Source: Octopus sinensis
Taxonomy: Eukaryota
Direction of reading: 5' to 3'
Length of the DNA stretch: 64,000 nucleotides
Assembly (NCBI RefSeq): GCF_006345805.1
Contig: NC_042999.1
Span: 70,432,001 to 70,496,000, forward strand
Under the pieces are notes generated by a model. That model searched no databases. It had not been told where the DNA came from and saw only the letters and a program-made list of their open reading frames with translations. Shown here one piece after another: positions 37,601 through 51,466 of the stretch; position 1 is the first letter of the stretch; the number at the start of each line of letters is the position of its first letter. The position numbers and the translations under genes were made by a program.

Positions 37601-40600
37601 CACCTTGGGCAAGTGCCTTCTACAACAACCCCAAGCCAATGATCAAAGCTTTGTGAGTGGATTCAGGCAGTAGAAATAAAAAAACAGCCCACTGTATTAT
37701 ATCATCTTTTTTTCCATGCTGGCATGTGTTGGACAGTTTGACAGAAACAAGTGAGCCAGAGGATTATACCAAGCTTCAGTATCTGCTTTGGCTTGGTTCC
37801 TACAACTTGATGTCCTTCTTAATGTTAAGCACATGTGTGCATGCTTTTCGTGTAGCTTTGTCTTGACATCATTATGGTTGTAAATGAGAATCACTGTCAT
37901 ACAAGCAATGTTGATCATTTCCTATCTTCCACAGAATATTTATTTTTATTGCATTTTTGGTTTATTTCACCAGATAACTTTTGATCTATAGTTGCCACTG
38001 TAACTGAATCATGTATAGAATATCATCCAATCTCTCTCAATAAGAAACATCATTTGAGCCAACAAATATCTTAACTCAATGAAGAAGTCTCAAGAAACTT
38101 GCCCAACTACAAATATCCCTCAAATCCTACACTATACCACTTTTGAAATGGAAGGACACACTGCATGATGCAGTCTTAGATGCAGTGGAATGATATTCAC
38201 AGGAATAAATTTGACCATAAATCTAATGAATTCAGCTAAACAACAAAATCAATGTTGACAAATACTAAGAGAAATGCATTTAACTAGATACCAAATAGGG
38301 GCTAGACAAATTTAAAAGGACTAAATAACTATGCTGGTATAACACTTGCAAAAACATCTTCAAATTCAGCAAAAAAGAAAATCTGCTTTTACCATATTCA
38401 GAGACTAGATCTAGAGAGATTGCCAGTTAGTGCCAGAAACTTGGCACAAGCAAATCCAAAGATCAGTCTTCAGTGAGAGAGAGAGAGAGAGAATTATGTT
38501 CAGAAAACAACTTGTCTATATTGACCATGAATAGAGTGAGACAATCAGACTATTAGGGACATCTTTATAGATGAAAAATATTTTAACATTTACATCTATA
38601 CTACTTTTAACTATTTTCCTGCCTGTGTTTCACATAGTGATAAGCAGGATATATTTCCCTGGTGTCCATGCATCATATATGATATGGATTCTCATTTTTA
38701 TTCAACCACCAGAGTAATTTGGGACTTTTGGAAGGAAAGCTTTATATTACTCACAACATACAAAACAAAGCTAACTAAAAGTTTGAAAACAAGCATGGAT
38801 GTTTAGAGTAAACTTATGATAAGAAAAGAGTTAACTGACTTGATCTCCAGTTATCATCAGATCACTTCCTCAGTTTGTACACAGTATTGGACAACTCTTA
38901 GTTTAGTTCAAATCCAGCCTGGGACTGTGTACACATCCAAGGCAACTGAAGATAAAACTGATCAAAACATTAAAAGACTTGTCCAAATAATGACAATTTT
39001 ATTACCAACTCATGTCAGATATTTAGTGACCACTAAATTTCTTGTGACAGTTTTCTTGTTGCTCTGGTGTTAGAATTCAACTCTGCTTATGATTTCTCAT
39101 GTCAAAATCTACACTGAATTACTTTCTCTCAATTTTTAACAATCTGCTACTGTTGAAGTAATGACTGCTCATTTTCCCCCTACACCATTGAGAGTCAGTC
39201 CTTTAACTTATTTCTATCAAGTAGCTAACTTGGTGGTGTACTTCATAGTGCATTAAAGACAAATGTAGTGTTTCTAAGACAAGGTAACCAGATGGGGACC
39301 ATCCCACTCAATGCCATATAATAAAATACTTGCTACTGTAAACAGTGCACTCCCTGCTTGCAGTTTTATTCCTGTCTTGGACAGTCAGATTTAAATGTCC
39401 TTGTATGGTACTAGTGATGGAATGTGAATGATAGGACCTTTGACCAAGAATCTAACATCCTAATGATTTAGTCAGATGTCTCCCCTGAACTTGTTGACCT
39501 TGCACCAAAATTTGAAACCAATATATAAAGAATGGGTTTAATCGGTTAGATCAACCTCTGTACTTTACTGATAATTAATTGTATCAAACACAGAAGTTGT
39601 AAAGGCACAGCTTACTTTCACACTAACCGAAATCCAAGAAGTTAAAGAAGAGTAATTGAATACTGAAAATTATTTTGCCTGACTCTCTGCTATTTCTGCC
39701 AACAATTACAAACAGTTAGCATGCCAGACAAAATGCTTAGCAGCATTTCGTCCATCTTTATGTTCCGAGTTCAAATGCCACTGAGGTCAACCTTGTCTTT
39801 CATCCTTTCAAGGTCGATGAAATAACCTGCCCACAAAATTTCAGGCCTTGTGCCTATAGTAGGATTATTACTACTGTTGCGTATATCAATATATGGTACT
39901 CATGTAGTACAGGTTTTGTAACTTCTATCACAAACCATGCTTACAACCACATTACATCTAGACATGAATTAGATGAGCAGCACCCAAACTGCTGGTCACA
40001 CCCAGTAACAAAACAATTTTAACCCTTTTATCATACATCTGCTTAAATACACTGCCTTTGTTTCAATTAATTTTGAAAAATAATGAATTTGTTAAAATAA
40101 TTTTGTCATTATTAAACTAGTATTTGGAATAGAAATTAACATGAAATTTTGGTAGACAGCTTTAATTTAGATCACTTTAAAACATAGAATTTGTATCATA
40201 GAACAAAGGAGGGCTGGTATGAAAAGTGTTACACTAAAGCTGCAAACAGTAATAAACTAGTAAACTCTATTTTCATGTGGTACCCACTTACAACATGTCA
40301 TAAAGCACATTTAGCTGAGTGCACAACCATTCAGCTTGTTGACCAATACCGTAGCAATTTAGCTGCACACAGTGCCAAAAGCATTTTTACTGATTTAAAT
40401 CCAATGGCATCTGCAGTCTTGAAGCATTAGTCTTTGCTTCTAGCTAGACACTATAATTCAATGCCATACCTCCAAACACCATTAATTAATTAATAGTGGA
40501 TATATCCAGACACCATTAATCAGTGGTATATATCTGGACATTATTAATCAATGCTCGTCATCGTTATTGCCACAGTTTTAACATCTACTTTTCCATGCTT

Positions 40601-43600
40601 GCATGAATCTGATGAGAGTACATTGGAGCAGCGTTTTTTTTTTTTTTTTACATCAAGATCTCCTTATTATCTTGCTTCAGTCTACTGAAGAATAAACAGT
40701 CTATTTTATGCAAAAGATTAGAGACAAATGGCACCAGCTGAACGAGCCATTTTTGCAACATGTCATAAAGCCCAGTCTTGCTTCCATGGTGGGCTGCAAA
40801 CAAACAACACTGTCAGGAAGTCATTGTTCACAAACCAGTGAATGTGAGGAAATACAAGCTCACACACATATCATCATCATTTAATATTCATGCTTGCATG
40901 GTTCAGATGGAGTTTATCGGAGGTAAATTTTCTTGTCACCAACCCTCACCTGTTTCCAAGCAAAGTAATATTTCTCTATGGTCAGACATGATCTTGCAGA
41001 ATATTGGAAATAAATGAGTGACAAATCATTTTACAACTATCAGGTGATGTCAAGACAAGGAGACACAAATACATACACTGCCATGCACATATGTATGCAA
41101 CAGGCTTCTTTCAGTTTCCATCTACTAGACCCACTCACAAGGCTATAGTAGAAGACACTTGCCTAAGGTGTCATGCAGTGGGATTGAACCTGGAACCATG
41201 TAGTTGAGAAGCAAGCTTCTTATCACACAACCACTCAAATATCATATCAAGAAACCGTTAATCAGTGTTACATATGTATCTAGACACCCTTTATCAAGTG
41301 GTGTTGATTAATGTTGTTTTTGTGCAATTATAACTGTTGAAAACACAAGATTTAATCAATGTTAGTAAGAAATACCTTTTGCTCTTCGGTCAGGAAACTT
41401 AATTAAAGGCACATGTGGCTTTATGGCCTGCAAAAAAAATATATATTTAATGTTATATGAGAAGAGATTTAGATCCTTATGCTAGTGATGGTAATTTGCC
41501 AACAAAACCAATAGAGAATGGAGAGAGTCCTTTGTCTTGTGAGGCAACATCTCCGATATTAGTACCTTGATATTAGTACCACTCACTCTGTTGCAAGACC
41601 CTGACCAAATCAAACAAACAGAACAGTAAATAATAAGTTTGTTCTTGTTATTGTGTAGTTCTAGGTCGACTCTAATTGAACAAGCAGACATACAGTATAT
41701 AGGTAATCAGTTGAATGATTAGCTGTGACCAACATCACCAATCCCTTGCTCCAGGTACAGCAGGATTTTACTTTTTGAAGGACTATACTGTATACTTCAA
41801 CATTCAGTGATATATCATATAAGGTACACTGTAGCAATCTCAACAAATATTTTGTCTACTCTCCACCCTATATCTGACTGTATGTCAGTAGGCTCTAAGT
41901 TAATGGTTCTCACCTGTTTTTTTTTTACCTATGGACCCGTTTCATTACTATTTTACTCTAGTGGATCCCCATTGCTACTCAAAGTTTAAAAACTAATTTT
42001 ATAGATACTTCTTTCAAAATCCCTATTTTGTTTTTCAGACATTAACTTGTGTAGGTTGAACTATGTAAAATGTTAGAGGAAGAAATCTGTTTCTTGTCAT
42101 AAATACATGTAAAGCAACATTTTTTCATGGAACCTTAATATACTACTACAGATCCCCAATTTACTACTTTGCTTGCATGGACCCCCAAAAATCTTATATG
42201 GATCTCTAGGGATCATATGAACCCCAGTTGAGAACTGCTGCTCTAGGTGATGTCCATACCAGGGATATCTTGACAGTGTTATAAGCCCCCCGGAAAAGTA
42301 ATGCACAAGGGCCTATAGTATTTATTTATTGATAACAAGCTGCAGCTTACATAGATAAGCATGGACCCTCTAGATCTCTACCCCCGCCCCACCAGGCAAT
42401 CGTCTACTGTGCTCATATCTTAAGATGGTACTGGTCTACAACTGATGTGAGCAAAGTGGACTAAGAATGCAACATTTTAAAAAAGTATGCTTGTTATATA
42501 TACTATTCAAGATGTGTATCACAAGACAATGTTCAAAGAAAAAAAAAAGAGACAAACTCTGACAATCCAAAAGAAACTATAATATAAGCATTAAAAGTTC
42601 TTCTAAACTAGTGAACTTGATGTTAATGTTCAGCTTAAATTTTTGTAGATAAAACATGGTTTAGAGGGAATTTCCAGAAGACAGTACTTCTAGTAAAGAC
42701 TGAGAAAATTGTTTAATTAGGGGTTGGAGATGAGACCCAGTACTGATGATATGTAACAGAGGCAGAGAGGCTTGGGTATAATGTATGCAGCTTGGTATTT
42801 CAAAGAAACAGAAGCTGTAGAACTTGTTGTTTAGCCCCAGGTCAGTCCTGATCAAGCAGCTCAATAATCATAGCAGATGTCCCATCCCTTTTCTACATAA
42901 GGGACTAGTGTTTAATGTGTCTTTGTTTATTTAAAATAGGAGGGCACAATTTGAGAGAGACTTAACAGCTACTTCTAGTAGGTTGATCAACCATACAGAG
43001 AAGAGCAGAGAACCATTCGTTTTAGTACTGGGGGAGAATTGTAGGTGCCTAAGAATATGGTGATGTATCAGGGTTGAGAAAATAATTTTACAAATTCAAA
43101 AATAAGTAACTTATATTAAATTACTGTTTTGGCATTAAGGTTTTAACTATTTTTTTACAATGGATTTTTATATACTTCATTAATGAGTGGTTGCACATTT
43201 GAATGTGGGCAAAATTCTCTGAGTAAGATGTTGTCCACACCTAGTGTGGAGGTTTACACCCAAACTGATCTGTGCAATACTAGAAGATATATAGAAGAGA
43301 AACAAAACAATATATTATTAGGTAGCAAAGGCTCGTACATGTGGTATGTTGGAGGTGAGAAACAGCTAGTATGAGCCATTTTGCAAGTGGAATAGGTAAA
43401 TCAAAGATGATTAATTCTTCATTTTCAGTGTTTATAAAAAAAAAAACAGGGACAATAAACAGGTTTCCAAAGCTAAAGTTTAGCAAGTTAAACTCATACA
43501 GAGTCAACTAATGAAAATAAACATCTGAAGGCATCAAGAACTTATACAGGCTTTACATTAAAGGTTAGTAGCAAAAATACATATATAACAAGCATACTTT

Positions 43601-45232
43601 TTAAAAATCTCACTATTGACCTAATTAACTGGACTTTTAGTGTGTGCGCATACGCCTTTGGTGATTTAAGAAGTTCGCAGACACCTAGAATGATTGCCTA
43701 AAAAGTCTATTTTGTCTATTTAATCCGTTATAAACATTAAAAACAACTTTTGTTTATATTCCTTAATATCAAGGCGTACAATAATTTATTGATACATTAT
43801 AGTGAATAATTCATTTGACAATTTCCAAAGAGTTTAAAATCGCATAACATGACATTGGGATAAAGCAGTTTACTTCGCTCATCCCAAAATTCGGGGAACG
43901 AATCCAATGCACACGATACTTGATAAAAAATCTTCTGGAAGAGCCTGGAGTCGACTAAGCCTGATGAGTAAAAAGTGAATAGTCGGAAATTGTATGGGAA
44001 GCCCGTCGAATTCGTGTCATTGCTTATTACACTGATAGTTAACCATCAAATTTACTTTAAGGGATGAAGTGCACGTGGAATGGCCAATCACTTACACTAT
44101 AAATCGAGTTTGTTGTTCGAAGAACGGGGACATTAATTCGTCGAAAACGATACAAGTTCAATTCGCCTAAGTACAGCTATGCATCTGAAGCTTGTCATTA
44201 ATTTTAAGCGTTTTTATTATTTACAAGAAATCATAAGATATACCAATCCATATATATATATATATATATACAGAGAGAGAGAGAGAGAGAAAACAGAACA
44301 CAAAAATATCAATATACTCTCTTTAATTCAATAGTTTATTGTTCTGGGTTATAAGAAAAATACATTAAGTTGATTCAATAACTTGCAATAACCTTACGAA
44401 ATGTGGACTCAATCCACTGTAAAATAAACCAAAGTATCATTAGTAAAGATAGTTTAAGGTAAAAAAAAAACTCTGAGGAAAACCGGTCTTATCATTTGGC
44501 GTCGATAATTAAATTGATCGATTGCATCAAGTCTCACCCTCATAAACAATTATACACGCACAAATGTGTACGTGTGTATAATTATATATATATATGTGTA
44601 GGGTGGGGTTATATATATATATATATATATACATAACATAATTTAACTAAACTTTCACAACTACTTCTATATTTTATATAATAAAAGAAGGGAGGTTCTG
44701 ATGGTTGTAAACATGGACCGTATAGAAAATTGCCCATGTGCATGGTAAAAGTTGACAATGACATCTATTTATTTCGTCATTTTGGTGAAAAGGTAAACAG
44801 GACAACATGACACGAGTCGGAAGGCAGTTGTTATTTAACCATAGGTTGTCCGTGATGGAGCAGACGTATGCTTAAAGTTATTCCAACAGTTCCATCACAT
44901 GTTTTTTCTTACGCGCAGAGAACCTAAAACTACAGTACCCAAGGAGTCCTACCCTAAGACGATGGGGTATATTGTGAGAGGAATTTAGCAGCTGCTTTCC
45001 GCAGATCAAGAAAGCGCGTAAAGATTCCCTCATTGGCTCATAATACAAAGGTCAAATATACAGGTAAATAAGAAAACGGGCATGTCTTAAAGTGGAGTCT
45101 AAAAAAAACTATGAATATACGGTTGTTTATAGAAGGAACGAAGATGAAAAATAAAATAAGTACAACTCTTTATACGATGACGTTCGTTATGCAATAACTC
45201 ACTCTTATCGTCCGGACACCAGATGCTGCCAT
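34613..45232 (-). CDS. MRPS36: Alpha-ketoglutarate dehydrogenase component 4 (KGD4, formerly 28S mitoribosomal protein S36), 4 coding exons, 86 aa
   Basis: Exons 45232-45203, 41427-41376, 37065-36905, 34630-34613 join in phase: MAASGVRTIR-AIKPHVPLIKFPDRRAK-GVVKS..LEWEDLPAKYHRKSLTPEEMEFIE-RGGPA*. KPHxPLIxFP and LPxKYxR..EEMEFIxRGGP are family hallmarks. Confidence 0.93.
36905..37065 (-). CDS. MRPS36: KGD4 exon 3, GC donor
   Basis: tttcag| acceptor; ends GAG|gcaagt. Confidence 0.9.
41376..41427 (-). CDS. MRPS36: KGD4 exon 2
   Basis: ttttttgcag| acceptor, AIKPHVPLIKFPDRRAK, G|gtattt donor. Confidence 0.92.
41901..42240. mobile_element. hAT-type MITE
   Basis: Ends TAATGGTTCTCA.. / ..TGAGAACTGCTG; 8-bp TSD CTCTAAGT / CTCTAGGT with one mismatch. 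Confidence 0.7.
45203..45232 (-). CDS. MRPS36: KGD4 exon 1 coding part
   Basis: aatATGGCA context, MAASGVRTIR, |gtgagt donor. Confidence 0.85.
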
Positions 45233-45611
45233 ATTGAGTCGACCTTCTTTACACTCCAAAAGTTATTTCCCTTGTCATTTGGATTGGTGGTGCATGCAAA
45301 ATTTATATCATTTTTCAAGGGATTTAATAAAAGATAGATACCTAAACTATATACGAAGCAAAATTTGAACACACACACACACATGTATTTCCGACTGGAC
45401 AAACGCAAGAAGTGGTACTTAGCACTCAGCTAATTTGTTTTGGAGTTACTTATATTTTTAATAATAGTTCTGACTGATACCCATTTGACTTAAAGTTTCA
45501 TGGCTGCATAGGGTGGACCCAGCTCATCAGGTCCATCCTACGCGCCCACGAAATTTTAAGTCTCATGGAATTCAGTCAACTGTTATGAAATATATGTGCG
45601 TGTGTGTGCGT

Positions 45612-45935
45612 GAAGGCCTGTGGCTTAGTGGTTAGGGTAATCGGGTCATTATCGTAAGGTCGTAAGTTCGATTCCCAGCGGCGTGTTGTGTCCTTGAGCA
45701 AGACATTTTATTTCATATTGCTCCAGTGTATTCAATTGACACAAATTAGTTGTACCCGTAATTCTAAGGGCCGGTTTTGTCACATTCTGTGTCATGCGGA
45801 ATCTTCTTGAGAACTATGTTAAGGATACACATGTCTATGGAGTACTCAGCCACTTTCACATAAATTTCACGAGCAGGCTGTTCTGCTAATTGGATCAACT
45901 GGAACCTTTGTCGTTGTAACCGTTGGAGTGCCAGT
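45612..45935 (+). mobile_element. tRNA-headed SINE family C
   Basis: A box TGGCTTAGTGG, B box AGTTCGATTCC, core GTGTCCTTGAGCAAGAC. Relatives near 14525-14810 and 55145-55350. Confidence 0.75.
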
Positions 45936-46754
45936 ATATATATATATGTATTTTTTCACTCATTTATTTTTATTCATATATTTGTTTTTATTTATCAAAT
46001 TATTTACTTGTTTATTTGTTTATTTATTTTGATTACTTGTACATATGATTGTAATAAATAAATTAATAAATTGATCCAATGAATGTTGTCGATTGATTAT
46101 CCTCTCCATTTTCTTATTTGCCTTATAAATTCTGGGTAAATTTCTGCATTACCCCCACTCATACATATTATTCAATTGCGCTACTGCCCTGCAATAGTAA
46201 GCACTTAGATATAAATACGTGGGTATACATTCAGTAATATATTGGATATTTATTATCCCTTAGATGGTTGTTTAACCTCTAACTCATACACACACACACA
46301 CATATTTTGCAGAAGTAACAGAGTGACTCAAGGTCTGAGAGTTTTGGTTGTGCCAACGCACAAAACTCTCAAACCTTGTATCACTCTGTTACTTCTGCTA
46401 AATATTAATAAGAGTATACATATACTCATATTTGAGATCTATTTTTTCCTGTTTGCATCAACATACCTATATATATGTTTTGAGAAGTTAAAAGTTATGA
46501 CCAGTCATAAAGTGACCATTGGTTTCACACCTATAAAGCACTTAGCAGTATAGGTGACTCGTCAGATTCAAATGGCTGCATATACAGTCTATAAATTAGG
46601 TGCAAGACCAGCCATAACTTTTAACATCCTAAAAAAGTAGATTGCTGCTCTAATGCATTAGAGTGTGGGTTTTTTTCGGATATGTGAACTGCTGACAATT
46701 CATATACCTAAAATTAACAAGAAACGTTCTCTGTGGGACAAGCACATTGTAGTT

Positions 46755-47860
46755 CAGGCTTCCACTGCTAGAAGCCACTTGATGAGACCATCAAACATAA
46801 GTTTGCTGACCGGTGGCAGTGGTTGAGGTTGTACTGAAACTCGGTGTGTCTTTGTGTTGCAGTGCTTCTCCCCTGTTTGTCGATTTTTGTGATGGCTGAA
46901 ATGAAGGAACAGTGTGCTTCCATGAAATTTTGTTCTATGCTGGGGAAAATGGTAGCTGAAAAAGTTGTCATGCTTCAAGCAGCTTACAAGGACACTGCCA
47001 TGAGCAAAACACAAGCTTACAAGTGCTTTTCTCGCTTTAAGAAGGGTCACTTGCCGCTTGAAGACCAACTCCATTTAGGGACAACATTGGCCTCCTGAAT
47101 GACTGAAAACATCAAGGAAATTCATAAATTGATCTTGGAGAACTGTCGCCAAGCAATCGACAAACTTGTTGATATGACTGGTGTGTCCTGGAGCTCCTGC
47201 TAACGAATTTTGAATGAGGAATTGCAAATGGAAAGAGTTGCAGCAAAATTTGTGCCTTGTTTGCTCAAGGACGATCAAAAGCACTTATGATTGAATGTGT
47301 GTCGTGACCTAAAAGAACAGTTGGAAGTTGATCCAGACATTTTTTCAAAGGTCATCACTGGTGACAAAAGGTGAGGCTATAGCTACAACCTGGAAACAAA
47401 GCAGCAATCAAGTCAATGGAAGCATTCAATGTCGCCCCCCCCCCCCAAAGTGCGTGAAGTGAAGTCCAATGTCAAAATGATGCTGATTTGTTTCATTGAT
47501 GCAAAAGGAATTGTCAACATAAAATTTGTTCCTCCTGGTCAAACTGTTAACCAGACATTTTACTTTGCAGTTCTGAAGCATTCGTGTGACACGGTGAGAC
47601 AAAAATGCCCCGACCTGTGACAAAATAGAGAGTGGTGGTTTCGTCACGACAATGCACCTGCACACAGTGTGAGTCAGTTTTTTTTACTAAAAATGGCATG
47701 GCCCCACTTACTCCCACTCTCTCTATTCACCTGATCTTGCTCACTGTGACATTTTTTATTCCCCCAAATGAAAAAGTCCTTAAAGGAAAACGTTTTGCAG
47801 ATGTGGAAGAAGTGAAGGGGAAAAAACAATGGAAGCGTTGAAAGGCATCACTTCACAAGT
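46755..47860 (+). mobile_element. mariner transposase pseudogene
   Basis: MAEMKEQCASMKFC, AAKFVP, VITGD, MLICFIDAKGIV, HDNAPAH, YSPDLA; stops and frameshifts. Confidence 0.9.
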
Positions 47861-49062
47861 GACCACTGATTCCCCCTTAACCATACCGTAACAATTGGTG
47901 ACCCCGCCTAAAAACAATTGCTACCTTCTAATGCGATATAACTACAAATTATAACTACTCGAGGGTGTTTTGGAACAAGTCATCCATATTTGCAGTCTGG
48001 GAAAGCCTGCATGTTTTATAGCCACTGACCCAATCTCTCAGACAAATTAAAAAAAGAAAGGAAACATCCAAAAAACATACTGGTGTATTTCCATACTGAT
48101 GAAGACGTGACCTTCATGCACTGTCTTGGGATCATTTTGATCTGTCTCCAAGCTATATTTCTATAGTGGGATTTTATTTCATGTCATCTTTTGACAATTA
48201 TTCTAAATGAATTTATGTAAGCATGCCCTTTCAAAGAATTATGAAAAGAATTGTTTAGAAGTGTCTTTGTAATGCTTTAATTTAATAAAATTGCAAGCCT
48301 CAAAACATATTTGAACAGGAATAGAGATCTCAAAAGCTGTTTGGGACTCAGCTGAGGAAGAAAATGCTGAAATAGAAAAATATTTTAAATGGAACAACAT
48401 GATATACCTTCTTGAACATGAGCTCCAACAGTAATTGCTTGAAATAAAAAAATTGAGGATGGAGTTAATAGAAAACTACCAGGCTGTCTTGATAGACAAT
48501 ACTTCCTGATGATGTGCATAGAAGAATTAACTTGTCAGGAACCATTCTCAAGAAACTGAGACTATTGCCAATAGCGTTCCAAAGACTATTTGAATATATA
48601 CAGTCAATAGATTTTTTTGCTTCCAGTGAGAAATGAGAAAAGTGTTTTGTTTAAGGTCTGATATCTGAGACACAGTAAAGGAAGGTAGAGAGACACAGGA
48701 GCTAGCATATAGGAGGTATACAACTAGCTAAAGACTAGGTTTGCAGCTATATAATGAAGCAAGCTAAATTGGATAGAGATGGCTAAAACAGCGACTTAAG
48801 TAGATTGTAATATTCAGTTTGGTTCCTCAACTTACTAATATGAACTTTGCTGTAACTGAAATTGCTTTATATTATTTTAAAATATTTAAAATAAGTGTCT
48901 GTAGTGAACCAATGTTAATCTAATCAAGTTTACCCATCTATACATATAAATTTGACATAGGTGATTCTTTCTTGCCTTGGGATTCATGGTCAAATGGCTG
49001 GGTGGAAATTGCGCAAAAAATTACCCATATGTAGAATGATCCAGTGGTGTTGCTGGGCTTTG

Positions 49063-49233
49063 TATTTTTTCATAGCTCCCATGGTTACCTAGATAATCTA
49101 CTATAATAATACTCCTGTGTTTATGAATGAGAAAGGAAGGGGTGATGTCATATTTTTTCATAGCTCCCATGGTTACTGAGATAATCTACTATAGTAATAC
49201 TTTTGTGTTTATGAATGAGAAAGGAAGGGGTGA
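49063..49233. repeat. Two-copy tandem duplication, period 88 bp
   Basis: TATTTTTTCATAGCTCCCATGGTTAC...GAAAGGAAGGGGTGAT starts at both 49063 and 49151. Confidence 0.9.
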
Positions 49234-50857
49234 TACATGAATAAGGAAGGAAGGGGTGGTGTCATACTTGGTAGTGGGATGATGAAAATTGTACGCTGAA
49301 AAAATAAATCAAACAGTGTTTCAACTCTGTGTGAATATATGTGTGTGTATGTAAAAGCGGGGTATGTGAGTGTGTATGTGTGTGTGCGTGTGCACATACA
49401 ATGGAAGTAGGATGGTTTATCTTTGTTCGCTTAGTATTTGGGTTTATTTTTTGATTTGGTTGAATCTTGGTTGGGGTTTTTTTTGTTGGTCAGTTATTTT
49501 TAGCATTTTGACAGAAAAAAGTCATTCTGCATCCCCAGACAAGTTGAATGCTTATACAGAGCAGGTTTTACAGCCACATCATCCAAACCGACTGGGTGAA
49601 ACCGGACTTAGCTGCTAGTTTCCTATAAATACTACATATGTAAGTCTGTTGATTATCACACTGTAGAATGTTAACTATAAATTGTCAAATAGCTGAGTGT
49701 CAGGCTGCAGAATCCTAGAATATGCAGTGTCATACAGTAGACTGCTAGACAGTAGCATGTTTACTGTAATATCTATCACTACCTCTCTATTGTCATATTC
49801 ATATTCATTCACCTGTCTTTTGTCACACTCACCGCCATTTTCTAACCATGCCTGGGACTACCTATATATTATCACATCTAGTATCACCAATCTACTCCAC
49901 AATCTACTACCAACTCTCTCAATACATCTATCACCATGTAGATGTTCACTGTAGTTTTGAAAAGGTGGTGGAAGTTAAAATTATTGCAAGATTTAAACTC
50001 ATGGGACCTCTGGGTCAATAGGTATTAGAGTCCCTACGATTTTGCTAATTCAAAGCATAAGATAATAAAGAGGGCTCTAATGAATCTGGAGCCCCTAAAA
50101 AGTTTAAAGAGACCCCCAAAAACTTAAAAGAGCCTTGTAGGTTTAGAAGGGTTTAAAGGCTTTTTTGAGTTTAAAAGGACCCATTAAATCAAAGAAAGCT
50201 CAAAAATTCCAAAAGAATTATATTGGATTAAAAAATATTTAAACAAGTAAAAAAATTACGAATTATTTATGTGTTTGTTGTATATATATTTTTTAGCTTC
50301 ATGCTTTAGGCTTCTTCAAACTAGCAGGGCTCACACATGAATCCAGCCCTGATGGTACTTCTCATATGAACACACAGAATTCCTCTAATGGTCTAAGGGT
50401 ACTGTAAACCCTCTTTCTCCGACAAAGGAAATTTTGAAGTCAAATCAGTTTCAGAAGCAGTTTGAGGATATATGAATTGCAAGTTCTTCACTTGTGATCT
50501 AAAAACAACTTGATCTAAAATCATGGTCTCGTGGCACTAGTATCAATGTAATGTTGTATAATGTAAGAATAACTTAGTCTAAACTCACAAACTATCATCA
50601 ATTACAAGTAAATTATGCTTTGTCCCATGTGATGTTTGGAGGAGCCGTGTTGATAACTATTAAATTCTTGACTTTGTTGGCATCCCATCTGTTGAGTGAG
50701 AGCACATATGGCTTTCTCTCTATCTCATCCTTGCAATCAGTAATGCAACAAGTAACTTGGGTGGCTTCTGTTGATAAACAAAAATTCTTAACCTTCTGTC
50801 TAGTTTCAAATGAAAGCCATATACATAAAAATGAAAAAGCTTTGAGATAAGCCATAT

Positions 50858-51215
50858 TATAATAATCCTTTCTACTAAAGACACAAGGCCTGAAATTTGG
50901 GGGGAGGAGTACAATTGATTACATTGTACCCAGTGTTCAACTGGTACTTTATTTCATCAACCCTGAACGAACAAAAGGCTAAGTGGACTTCAGTGGATTT
51001 TGAACTCAGAATGTAGCAATGAGTGAAATACCTATTTCTTTACTACCCACAAGGGGCTAAACACAGAGAGGACAAACAAGGACAGACAAACGGATTAAGT
51101 CGATTATATCGACTCCAGTGCGTAACTGGTACTTATTTAATCGAACCCGAAAGGATGAAAGGCAAAGTTAACCTCGGTGGAATTTGAACTCAGAACATAG
51201 CGGCATACGAAATAC
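50858..51215 (-). mobile_element. Two adjacent SINE family B copies
   Basis: Same body as the copies at 32700-33460. Confidence 0.8.
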
Positions 51216-51406
51216 GTATGGTTTTTAAGGCTGGGTGCCCTTCTTAACAGCTCCAAGGAGGTCACCAAGCAACTAGCAAGACAAAGATGCCTCAAGAGGT
51301 AAGTATGGTATTGGTGATGCCAGGTGATAAGAGGTTAGAGTATAAGAGAAGAACAGAAATGGGTGTCTTGCTGAGGAGATACATAGTTACCCCGGCTGGA
51401 AAGGAG

Positions 51407-51466
<60 letters not shown>

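Noticed and set aside
40445-40555. ~30-bp degenerate tandem repeat (GACACCATTAATCAGTGGTATATATC)
   Set aside because: Ordinary short minisatellite with no functional signature.
47885-47910. GTAACA-AT-TGGTGACCCCG as an LTR end plus primer-binding site
   Set aside because: No matching LTR or gag/pol sequence recognised downstream.
48090-48130. CTGATGAAGAC as a hammerhead
   Set aside because: No GAAA after the putative stem II.
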